Origin: Bacteroidota bacterium | GTDB lineage: Bacteria > Bacteroidota > Bacteroidia > Chitinophagales > Chitinophagaceae | Assembly: GCA_013286315.1 (NCBI GenBank) | Contig: JABDFX010000005.1 | Coordinates: 6,435-70,434 of the forward strand | DNA: 64,000 nt | Direction: 5' to 3' | Part shown: positions 19,412 through 27,808 of the stretch, piece after piece | Position numbering within the stretch: position 1 is the stretch's first letter | Layout: each line of letters begins with the position of its first letter | Notes under the pieces: generated by a model | Databases searched by the model: none | The model's input: only the letters and a program-made list of their open reading frames with translations | What the model was told of the DNA's origin: nothing | Program-made: the position numbers and the translations under genes

Positions 19412-19485
19412 CGGGACGTAGCGCAGCCCGGTAGCGCGTTTGCATGGGGTGCAAGAGGCCGCTGGTTCGAATCCAGTCGTCCCGA
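19412..19485 (+). tRNA. tRNA-Pro (GGG)
   Basis: Acceptor CGGGACG/CGTCCCG, anticodon arm TTTGC-ATGGGGT-GCAAG, T-arm GCTGG-TTCGAAT-CCAGT; CCA not encoded. Confidence 0.95.
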
Positions 19486-19503
19486 CAAAGACGGGGTCGT
19501 CAT

Positions 19504-19540
19504 AATGAAAAAGTCTTCGCTTAGCGAAGACTTTTTCATT
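19504..19540. terminator. Perfect 17-bp-stem hairpin, probable bidirectional terminator
   Basis: AATGAAAAAGTCTTCGC-TTA-GCGAAGACTTTTTCATT. Confidence 0.8.
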
Positions 19541-19587
19541 AAACTGCCAGATTGTGTATTAACCCACATTTCCGAAACCGAGAGGCG

Positions 19588-19616
19588 GTCCCGACAAAGA
19601 CGGGGATCGTCCCGAC
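19588..19616 (+). repeat. Direct repeats of the tRNA-Pro 3' end
   Basis: GTCCCGACAAAGACGGGG at 19479-19496 recurs at 19588-19605; TCGTCCCGAC recurs at 19607-19616. Confidence 0.85.
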
Positions 19617-19695
19617 TTCACAGGACAAAGTTGATTTAATTCTTCTTTGTCCTTTCTTATTTCCCGCTAAACTGTTGTTAGCCACGAAGATGTTG

Positions 19696-20190
19696 CTATT
19701 CTAAATAGAATGGCTTGCGGGGAGCATTACGCATTCTTTCATCTATTCGTTCAGCCAGCCATTGAAAATACTCACACAGAAAAGGGTCAGGACGTTTCTT
19801 ACGTGAATCCTGAATCATTGCATTATATTTTTCCCATGCAATCGAAACCAATGAACCAATAGTTTTATCTACGAGGTCAATATTTATAAGCCGTTCAGCT
19901 ACCAGAATGCCAAGCGATTCCATTTCCTGTGCAAATTGGGTAATAATGATCCCTTCGTGGGCAGGAAGTTTTTGCCAATCTTCGTGTGTAGGAGGTATAT
20001 CGTGCGCACTAACATAATTCATGAGTTCAGAAAATTCACGAGTATTGAAATTACGCAGCGCCTCGAGTGTAAGTCTCTCCTGACGATCGCGTGTTGCAGA
20101 CTTAACTTGCACAATGCCAAACACCAATGCAATGATGGCCGATAAGGCAAGCGCGATATTAGCGATAAATGTGATTGTCTCGGAAGTCAT
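19696..20190 (-). CDS. Hypothetical protein with an N-terminal TM helix (DUF4760-like)
   Basis: N-terminal hydrophobic helix; E.LG.LV and F.WLA motifs resemble DUF4760. Confidence 0.55.
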   Translation of the reverse strand: MTSETITFIANIALALSAIIALVFGIVQVKSATRDRQERLTLEALRNFNTREFSELMNYVSAHDIPPTHEDWQKLPAHEGIIITQFAQEMESLGILVAERLINIDLVDKTIGSLVSIAWEKYNAMIQDSRKKRPDPFLCEYFQWLAERIDERMRNAPRKPFYLE

Positions 20191-20403
20191 ATCCTTGTTG
20201 GATTTAAAGAATTAAAAATTTAGATTATCAAAGTCAAATTAAAGTGAGCGTCGTGTTAAAGGTCGTCAACAATAGTAAATATTTACCGAACACCTATTCA
20301 ATTATGGCTTTAGGTTCAAGGCATTTTTCTAACCCAGAAACGCCGCTGGCTAAAGGCACATACAGCATCACCTCGAGATGGATTCAATGAAATAAAAAGT
20401 TTA

Positions 20404-21453
20404 TTATTCCGGTTTCAGTTTTACCCTCATGACATAGGATTTACAGGTCATGTAAAGCATATTGTGCACCTGGTCTATAAAACAATTGGCAGTCAGCTCT
20501 CCGGTATATATTCTGGCCAACACTTTTCCCGCCGGATTAAATACCCAAATGCCACCAGGTCCCGTTGCAAAAATATACCCCCGCGCATTTACTTTCATTC
20601 CATCCGGATTGCCGGGTAGTTTTCCTTCTTCGGCAGACACATGATAAAAGACAGTTGCTTTTGCTATCAATCCCTGATCATTTAGTTCATATTTCGTCCA
20701 TTCCTTATTATCACTATCCGAGTTAGATATATAGAGAATTTTGTTATCAGGTGAAAGTGCAATGCCGTTCGGATAAGAAACTTTATCGGTAAAAAGCAAT
20801 GCCTTACCACCGGGTTTTACGAGATAGATTCCCTGAAAGGGAATTTCCTTTGTACTATCTTTTATTCCCTTTTCCAAACCATAGGGCGGATCAGTAAAAT
20901 ATAAATTTCCATTGGCCGCATATACAGCATCATTGGGGCTGTTAAATTTTTTACCCTGATAATCAGATACAATGACATCAAAGACGGCCCTGGGGTCGTT
21001 TAGTGAAGATTTCATCCGCCCGATCTGCCGGTTACCCTGTTGACATAAAACGAGTTTTCCTTTCTTGTCAATCACCAGGCCATTAGATCCCGGTTCTTTT
21101 TCTTTAGGAATAGTGCCCGTATACCCGGAAGGTTCCAGGTAAACACCTGCGCCTTTTCCCTGCTTCCATTTATAAATCCTGTTGGCAGGAACATCGGAAA
21201 ACAACAGATAATCGCTGTCACTGACATACACAGGACCTTCAGTCCATTTATATCCCTCTGCTATTACTTCTATTGTGGCATTGGAATCCAACAGGTTCAT
21301 TCCTTCCGCATCCAGGATACTGATATGCTTTGGAGCGTTCGCGGCAGGCACTGAGACAACCGAATCTTTTTTTTCGGTTCCGGCAGAATGACTGTTACAG
21401 GCGGCCATCAAAACGATAAAAATGACAACCAATGGCAAATGTTTATTTTTCAT
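20404..21453 (-). CDS. SMP-30/gluconolactonase family lipoprotein
   Basis: Lipobox MAAC; WTEGP, GSNGL, NSPND, YFTDPPYG, PNGIALSPD, PDGMKV. Confidence 0.92.
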   Translation of the reverse strand: MKNKHLPLVVIFIVLMAACNSHSAGTEKKDSVVSVPAANAPKHISILDAEGMNLLDSNATIEVIAEGYKWTEGPVYVSDSDYLLFSDVPANRIYKWKQGKGAGVYLEPSGYTGTIPKEKEPGSNGLVIDKKGKLVLCQQGNRQIGRMKSSLNDPRAVFDVIVSDYQGKKFNSPNDAVYAANGNLYFTDPPYGLEKGIKDSTKEIPFQGIYLVKPGGKALLFTDKVSYPNGIALSPDNKILYISNSDSDNKEWTKYELNDQGLIAKATVFYHVSAEEGKLPGNPDGMKVNARGYIFATGPGGIWVFNPAGKVLARIYTGELTANCFIDQVHNMLYMTCKSYVMRVKLKPE

Positions 21454-21456
21454 ATA

Positions 21457-22392
21457 CTATATTGTTTTAAAAAACTGATCCGCTATTTTACAATGGGCCC
21501 TCAATAGTATTTCATCGGCGTTCAAATAAAATATCTCTCCGCCCAATTCCATTAATTCCAGACCTGTAAGATAAGCCTGCTTTACATGTTCACTGCATAC
21601 TACATACACGGGGCAATGAGTTCCTTTCAGCTGCCCAAGTTCTGCACCAATCAACAGACCACTCAGAAACTGATAACCGTTCACCGGGTTCGCATGATTC
21701 AGTAATTGCCTTGTACGGACCATAAAAGCTTGATGTAACAGATTGCCATCTAATCCTGCCTTAAAGCCATCCGAAAAAGATTTTTCGTCTGTCCCTTTTT
21801 GCACCGCGTGGCGCAATATACTTTTCTCTGCCAACAGGTTAAATATTTCACCTGTCATGTAAGTTCTAAAATCTATACCCGATTTATTTTTTACAAACAT
21901 ATGTTTGGAATGGGTGCCCGGGAAAATAAATATTTTTTCTTCATTATCAGTTATATCACATCCCAGCAACAGGCTCTCTTCGCCGCGCATCACATCCTGA
22001 TTTGTCTTAAATCCGGACACTAAATATAAAGGATGTGAAAATTTTTCATTTTCATTTATTTTTCTGACCGGGAATTTCGCCAGGTCCCAGCTGAAAGGGA
22101 ATTCCTGATAGGGGAGCTCTGTCAGTCCGATACTTGAAGAAGCCATCCCGGAAAGAATGACCGGGATATTTTTCGCGAAGTCACCCGATAACCGGTTGAT
22201 GGCATCATCTAATTTTCTCCGGAAGAAATCTATTCTTTCAGTTTCCGGTCTGCCTGTTGCCAGCCATTGTTGATGAATTTCCGCAATTCCATCGTTTGTT
22301 TTGAGCTCGGCAGTCGTTTCGCATTTAACGGCATCCACTAACCGAAGTCTGAAGGTTGACGTACCCCAATCACAACTCAGAAATTTATCCAT
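21457..22392 (-). CDS. dgoK: 2-dehydro-3-deoxygalactonokinase
   Basis: CDWGTSTFR, GMASSSIG, DVMRGEE, PGTHSKH, TYMTGE. Confidence 0.9.
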   Translation of the reverse strand: MDKFLSCDWGTSTFRLRLVDAVKCETTAELKTNDGIAEIHQQWLATGRPETERIDFFRRKLDDAINRLSGDFAKNIPVILSGMASSSIGLTELPYQEFPFSWDLAKFPVRKINENEKFSHPLYLVSGFKTNQDVMRGEESLLLGCDITDNEEKIFIFPGTHSKHMFVKNKSGIDFRTYMTGEIFNLLAEKSILRHAVQKGTDEKSFSDGFKAGLDGNLLHQAFMVRTRQLLNHANPVNGYQFLSGLLIGAELGQLKGTHCPVYVVCSEHVKQAYLTGLELMELGGEIFYLNADEILLRAHCKIADQFFKTI

Positions 22393-22400
22393 GAATAATA

Positions 22401-23054
22401 TTATGTGTCCGGGAGTTGTTGTTTAATTTTTAGCAATGCTTCCTTTACTGATTCGGTTATTTTATCAAGTTGACCATCTCTTATGAATTCCCCTTTGGTC
22501 AGCCAGGAACCACCCACGGCGATCACATTTTTCAGATGCAGGTATTCGTTCATATTATGGAGGGATACTCCACCCATCGGTATAAACAATGTTTGCAATG
22601 ACTGGTAAGGATCCTGGATTGTCCTTAAAAAATGCACGCCACCCAATTGTGATGCCGGAAATAATTTTAATATCTCAAATCCCATTTCGGCGGCCGATTC
22701 AATTTCAGATGGTGTCATAACACCCGGTATAAAAGGAAAATGGTTCTCCAAAGCGTTTTTACAAACTGTGGGATTGAATCCCGGGGCCAGACCAAATTGG
22801 GCACCTGCGTCCCGGGCCTGTTTTAATTGAGTAACGGATAGCAATGTGCCTGCACCCAGATACATCTCAGGCAAATTTTTTCTGATGATAGTGATTGCCT
22901 CCGCCGCAGCTGTTGTACGAAAAGTGACTTCCATTACCCGCAATCCACCACGAAGCATGGCTTCGGCAACCGGTAAAACTTCATCTGCTGAAGAAAAAGT
23001 TACCGCAGGAAGAATTTTCTGACTTAAGGCGGTATGTAATAATCTGTTTCCCAT
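22401..23054 (-). CDS. eda: KDPG/KDPGal aldolase (Eda/DgoA family)
   Basis: EVTFRT, GAGT, PGVMTPSEI, LKLFPA, PMGGV. Confidence 0.88.
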   Translation of the reverse strand: MGNRLLHTALSQKILPAVTFSSADEVLPVAEAMLRGGLRVMEVTFRTTAAAEAITIIRKNLPEMYLGAGTLLSVTQLKQARDAGAQFGLAPGFNPTVCKNALENHFPFIPGVMTPSEIESAAEMGFEILKLFPASQLGGVHFLRTIQDPYQSLQTLFIPMGGVSLHNMNEYLHLKNVIAVGGSWLTKGEFIRDGQLDKITESVKEALLKIKQQLPDT

Positions 23055-23147
23055 GAGCGACGTTCCCTTCTATAAATGTAGTTTTTATATCGACAGCTGC
23101 TTTGGTCAAAAATGCATTAAATTGATACGAACTTCATTTATACACTC

Positions 23148-24044
23148 ATGAATGAAATATTGGTTATAGGCAGTTCCAATACTGATATGGTGGTTAAAAC
23201 GGATGAACTACCCTTACCCGGAGAAACAAAATTAGGAGGCGTTTTCTTTATGAATGCCGGGGGCAAAGGAGCAAACCAGGCTGTTGCCGCTGCGAGACTT
23301 GGCGGAAATGTAACGCTGGTCACCAAACTGGGCAATGATATTTTTGGCAAACAAACGCTGGAGGGATTAAAAAAAGAAAATATCAATACAAACTATGTTT
23401 TCTTTGATGAAAGCAACCCTTCCGGAACCGCGCTGATCATCGTAAATGCAATGGGGGAGAATTGTATCGTGGTCGCTCCCGGTGCGAATGCGACGCTAGT
23501 GCCGGCAGATATTGAAAAAGTGGAAAACCTCCGTGATGCTGTTGTCATCCTGCTGCAGCTGGAAATCCCGTTTGAAACAATAAGTCATATCGCAAAACTG
23601 GCGAAAGCAAATAAGCAGAAACTAATACTCAATCCGGCGCCCACTCAAAAATTAAACGACGAGTTATTGAAGGGATTGTACCTGATAACACCCAATGAAA
23701 CCGAAGCATTACATTTAACCGGTATACAGGTAAAAGACGAATTAACCGCCTCAGCGGCTGCAGATGTTTTTCTAAAAAGAGGGGTAGAGAATGTGATTAT
23801 CACCATGGGTCGGGAGGGGGCTTTTTTTCAGAATGGCCATTCGAAAATAAAGGTTAACGCACCGGTAGTGAAGTCAATCGATTCAACCGCGGCGGGCGAT
23901 ACATTTAATGGCGCCATAACGGTGGCCATAACCGAAAATATGGGCTGGGAAAAAGCTATACGATTCGCCGTGCAGGCCGCTTCCATTTCTGTTACGAGAA
24001 TGGGTGCACAGTCCTCCGTTCCTTACCGTAAAGAGATTGTCTGA
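23148..24044 (+). CDS. rbsK: Ribokinase (PfkB family)
   Basis: GSSNTD, GGKGANQAVAAARLG, LNPAP, PNETEA, DSTAAGDTFNG. Confidence 0.92.
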   Translation: MNEILVIGSSNTDMVVKTDELPLPGETKLGGVFFMNAGGKGANQAVAAARLGGNVTLVTKLGNDIFGKQTLEGLKKENINTNYVFFDESNPSGTALIIVNAMGENCIVVAPGANATLVPADIEKVENLRDAVVILLQLEIPFETISHIAKLAKANKQKLILNPAPTQKLNDELLKGLYLITPNETEALHLTGIQVKDELTASAAADVFLKRGVENVIITMGREGAFFQNGHSKIKVNAPVVKSIDSTAAGDTFNGAITVAITENMGWEKAIRFAVQAASISVTRMGAQSSVPYRKEIV

Positions 24045-24118
24045 ATAAATACTTCGCTATTTCACAATTCTTGGTAATTTGAACCCTCAGGCTACATATT
24101 CAAATTGAAATCAAAAAA

Positions 24119-24925
24119 ATGTCCTGGTTAAGACTTATGGAAGAAAAGATATCGGAAAATGAACCCGCGGAAGAACAAGCCGTCGTCCAGCCTTCCGCTG
24201 TTACTCATAAAAAACAAACGGTTTCAGGCCTGATAAAAGAAATGTGGCCCGCTTATCTGATTGAAATCATTGTCATCATTTTGGGAATTTCCATTACACT
24301 GGCCTTGGAAGAATGGCGGGATAACAGCAGGGAAAATCATCTGGAACAGATCTATCTGAAAAACCTGCAGTCAGATGTCGGAACAGATTTGAAATCGCTT
24401 AGTCTGGCCATCACCGGAACAAATGCATTGCTTCAAAGAGGAAACGAATTATTAGATTATACAAGATCTCCTGACAATAAAAATATCCCGCCAAACCAGG
24501 TCCATGAAGATGTTCGCGCTATCCTCGGCCGGCCCAATTTTATTACCAGCGATGCCAGTTTTACTGAACTGAAAAGTTCCGGAAACCTGCACCTGATCAA
24601 AGACATTCAATTAAAAAACCTGTTGTTTGCTTATTATAGTGAAACCCAGCATATCAAAGAGGTCCAGGATGCCGAACGGCAAACTGCCATTACTCTTTCG
24701 GGAGCTTATTTTTTGAAACAGTTCCCACTGGATGAGATGAGAAGTCAGGTCAGCTCCATGACGCAGAAAGACATGAATGCAATATTGAAAAATATCGAAT
24801 TTGACAACAATGTACTTTTAAGGGTGCTGAACAGAAAAGAATTATTGGACATTTATCAAAGGACCGACTCGCTGGCTGAACTGTTGCATAACAACCTGGG
24901 AAAAAAAACCGGGGATTCAGAATAG
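24119..24925 (+). CDS. Hypothetical membrane-anchored protein (DUF6090-like)
   Basis: YLIEIIVIILGISITLALEEW TM segment; FTELKSSGNLHLI motif. Confidence 0.6.
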   Translation: MSWLRLMEEKISENEPAEEQAVVQPSAVTHKKQTVSGLIKEMWPAYLIEIIVIILGISITLALEEWRDNSRENHLEQIYLKNLQSDVGTDLKSLSLAITGTNALLQRGNELLDYTRSPDNKNIPPNQVHEDVRAILGRPNFITSDASFTELKSSGNLHLIKDIQLKNLLFAYYSETQHIKEVQDAERQTAITLSGAYFLKQFPLDEMRSQVSSMTQKDMNAILKNIEFDNNVLLRVLNRKELLDIYQRTDSLAELLHNNLGKKTGDSE

Positions 24926-24974
24926 TGTTTTTATTCCCGAGTCATTCTTCCGGAATTATTTCTTCAATAAATGC

Positions 24975-25946
24975 TCACCATTTTTCAAGTCCCAGCAATT
25001 TCTTCCCTAGTGGCGAAAGTTCAGCTACCGGATTCTTTTTTTCTCTTTCCAGCGGATCACCCGGAAACGCATACCCCTGCATTGCGTCCCTGTTTTTCCA
25101 ACTGCTGATCCGCCATTGCACGAGTTCTTCGTTGTCTTCCTGTGCAGGCATCATGGCGATATATTGAGCGATCCGGACTTTATCCTTGCTGGTATTGGCC
25201 CTGATGCCATGTGGTTCCAGACTGTTAAAGATTAATAAGTCACCGGCTTCGAGTTTCACTTTTTCCAGTTTAAATCCTGTAGTGTCGGGTTTGTAGTGAT
25301 CCCTGTCTTCCGGCTGTGTGAGTTTCCAGGTATCATAGGTCCTGTATAATTCAGGAATACATTGAAAGCCGCCCATGTTTTCATCTGTCTGATCTGCCAA
25401 TGCCAGCACACCCTGTACATTTTGAGGTTTTGTGTCGGGATCATAATCCCAATGAATAAAGCCTTTGTATTCAAATCCGGGCCTCAGGGGAAAATTCAGG
25501 TTTGCGCGGTCAATAGTAACCCAAAGTTTTTCTGTGCCCCAGACATCGGCGAATGCCTGGTGCACTTTGGGGAATTGCCGGTTATCCCACATATACTGAT
25601 GATTATAGATTTCCACCATGCCGGTATTATTTAATTCTTTCATTTCCATTTTTACATTGGGCCTTTTATACCAGCTCTCCATATCATCGGGATTTTTATC
25701 CTCATATTCCCAGAGATAATCGGCCAGTTTTTTCACCTGTTCCCGTGGCACGGCATTATGGATGATGACATATCCATTCTTAACCCAGAAAGCCCAGTCA
25801 TCCTCGCTAAGTAAACGAAGAGGCTGACCGTTACTGCGGTCGTTTAATTTAATCTGACTTGATTTTGCAGTAGAAGGATTTCCGGGAATATCCTTATGAG
25901 CCATGGTAGGCGGGGCGGGAGCCATCGTTTTTTGCATCATATACAT
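24975..25946 (-). CDS. Phytanoyl-CoA dioxygenase family (Fe/2OG) protein
   Basis: NGYVII, HWD HxD motif, GDLLIFNSLEPHG, distal R. Confidence 0.85.
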   Translation of the reverse strand: MYMMQKTMAPAPPTMAHKDIPGNPSTAKSSQIKLNDRSNGQPLRLLSEDDWAFWVKNGYVIIHNAVPREQVKKLADYLWEYEDKNPDDMESWYKRPNVKMEMKELNNTGMVEIYNHQYMWDNRQFPKVHQAFADVWGTEKLWVTIDRANLNFPLRPGFEYKGFIHWDYDPDTKPQNVQGVLALADQTDENMGGFQCIPELYRTYDTWKLTQPEDRDHYKPDTTGFKLEKVKLEAGDLLIFNSLEPHGIRANTSKDKVRIAQYIAMMPAQEDNEELVQWRISSWKNRDAMQGYAFPGDPLEREKKNPVAELSPLGKKLLGLEKW

Positions 25947-26066
25947 TGATTTAATAACACAAAGCTATCATGAGGTAATCTTCGTTGCTTACCATCTATT
26001 GACAAGAATTTGCTCTGTATTGACTTAATTACTATCTTAATAGGAGATTATTACATAATTCAAGAC

Positions 26067-26924
26067 ATGAATGAGATACAGCTGGAAAAGATCATATTCG
26101 AACCGGGGAAGTCATTTAAGATATTTTCTCCCCGGTTAAAGAACACGTTTTTATGGCATTACCATCCGCAGATAGAATTGGTATATGTAGAAGCGGATGC
26201 AGGCATTCGTCATGTAGGAACCCATATTTCGGGCTATACATACAGCGATCTGGTATTCATCGGTGGTAACCTGCCGCACCTGAATTTTGACTACCGGTTA
26301 AGAAGTGAATATCACCAGATCGTCATTCAATTGAAAACCGATTTCCTGGGAACCGCTATTTCTATTGCCCCTGAACTCGCAGCGATTCATAAGCTATTTA
26401 AGGATGCCGATTACGGGATTGCATTTTATGGAGAAACAAAAAAGATCGTCTCCGAAAAATTAAAACAACTGGAGGGCCTCAGTGCGTTTGATCAACTGAT
26501 TGAACTCATCAGCATTTTTAAAATACTGGCTGATACCAAACAGCGAAATATTTTAAATAATGATTTATCCAGTTCGGCTTTTATTTTAAAAGATAAAATC
26601 AGGATGGGCGCGATATACGAATATATAGACGCGCATTATGATGAACGGCCTGATGTAAATAAGGTTGCTGCCAAAGTGCATCTGACAACGCCGGCCTTCT
26701 GCAGATATTTTAAGAGACAGACCCATATGACCTTTACCGATTTTGTAAATCAGTACCGGATCGAACGTGCAAAGAATCTGCTGATGCAGGATCAGAATGT
26801 AACTGAAACCTGCTATGCTGTGGGATTTGAAAGCATTTCCTATTTCAATAAATTATTCAATAAAATCGTCGGTGAAAATCCTTCCGCCTTCAGGAAGAAC
26901 TGGGAAATTCACCACCGTGCATGA
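26067..26924 (+). CDS. AraC family transcriptional regulator
   Basis: Likely start MNEIQ at 26067; WHYHP cupin domain; C-terminal double HTH (AFCRYFK, GFESISYFNKLF). Confidence 0.92.
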   Translation: MNEIQLEKIIFEPGKSFKIFSPRLKNTFLWHYHPQIELVYVEADAGIRHVGTHISGYTYSDLVFIGGNLPHLNFDYRLRSEYHQIVIQLKTDFLGTAISIAPELAAIHKLFKDADYGIAFYGETKKIVSEKLKQLEGLSAFDQLIELISIFKILADTKQRNILNNDLSSSAFILKDKIRMGAIYEYIDAHYDERPDVNKVAAKVHLTTPAFCRYFKRQTHMTFTDFVNQYRIERAKNLLMQDQNVTETCYAVGFESISYFNKLFNKIVGENPSAFRKNWEIHHRA

Positions 26925-26997
26925 GTTGTTAAAATAACAAAATCAACGACAGATATATCTCCATCGTTGATTCAGTTGACACCCAGCTGTCTTACCG

Positions 26998-27357
26998 TTA
27001 TTTCATCGCAACGTAACCTGCCAGTTTTGACGTATCATGTTTTGGAACTGTGTCCATTACATAGTGCGCAACGCTTGCATATTTTGAAGTATCTTTTTTA
27101 GGAACTGTATCCAGTATCATAGCATACTTGGGTGAATCCGGTTTTTTTGGAACCGTATCCAAAATCATAGCATACTTGGGTGAATCCGGTTTTTTTGGAA
27201 CGGTATCCAGAATCATAGCATACTTGGGTGAATCCGGCTTTGGAACGGTATCCATCGCGGTAAATGCCACTACATGTTTTGTTTTAGTGGCAGTAGTTCC
27301 CATAAGAGACGACGCAACACACAGGCCTGCGAAGGCCGCAAATAAAACTTTCTTCAT
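26998..27357 (-). CDS. Small secreted repeat protein (DTVPK repeats)
   Basis: Signal peptide MKKVLFAAFAGLCVASSLMG; five DTVPK units; 48-bp DNA repeats that vary at synonymous sites. Confidence 0.8.
   Translation of the reverse strand: MKKVLFAAFAGLCVASSLMGTTATKTKHVVAFTAMDTVPKPDSPKYAMILDTVPKKPDSPKYAMILDTVPKKPDSPKYAMILDTVPKKDTSKYASVAHYVMDTVPKHDTSKLAGYVAMK
27100..27253 (-). repeat. 48-bp coding tandem repeat x3
   Basis: ATCATAGCATACTTGGGTGAATCCGG at 27116, 27164 and 27212. Confidence 0.9.
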
Positions 27358-27641
27358 TTTAAATAAATTTTGAGGTTTAACGAAAAATCCTACGATTCGG
27401 GGTTAGCGATTTATATAAGTGTCTTTCTTAGTGGGAGGATTATTTAGACTAAGGGAAAAACCATGCCAATTTTATTCCCGACATTTAGCAATCCTTAATG
27501 AAAAACAAAAATTTCATTTTGGTACGATATTTTTAAAATCAGGATTTTATAAGGTTGTAGAAATTTTTACATAGAAGCTTTGCCCTTTTCCATCATGGCT
27601 TTTGTTTCTCCTGTTTTTTGCCTTCGGCCCTTTTATAGACG

Positions 27642-27683
27642 GTTGGCGGTTGATGGTTGACGGTTGACGGTTGGCGGTTGGCA
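27642..27683 (+). repeat. GTTGRCG heptamer array x6
   Basis: GTTGGCG GTTGATG GTTGACG GTTGACG GTTGGCG GTTGGCA. Confidence 0.88.
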
Positions 27684-27808
27684 GATAACGAGTGGGCTTG
27701 AAATAAAGACAGGTTTGGCGTTGTTCGCTCAGCGTTCATCTTATAATTGTTAAAGAATATTAACGATTCGTTAATTCAGCCCTTCTGATTTCCGTAATTC
27801 TAATTCTA

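Noticed and set aside
18793-19485. CRISPR array or tRNA intron interpretation of the tRNA-Pro repeats
   Set aside because: The intervening sequences are near-identical rather than unique spacers, no cas genes are present, and no group I/II intron core is recognisable. The downstream tRNA is already complete.
20404-24044. Lactonase-dgoK-aldolase-ribokinase cluster as a novel pathway
   Set aside because: Consistent with ordinary De Ley-Doudoroff-type sugar acid catabolism; the dehydratase may be encoded elsewhere.
27100-27253. 48-bp repeat as a CRISPR or non-coding array
   Set aside because: It is in frame within a signal-peptide ORF, has no spacers, and varies at synonymous positions.
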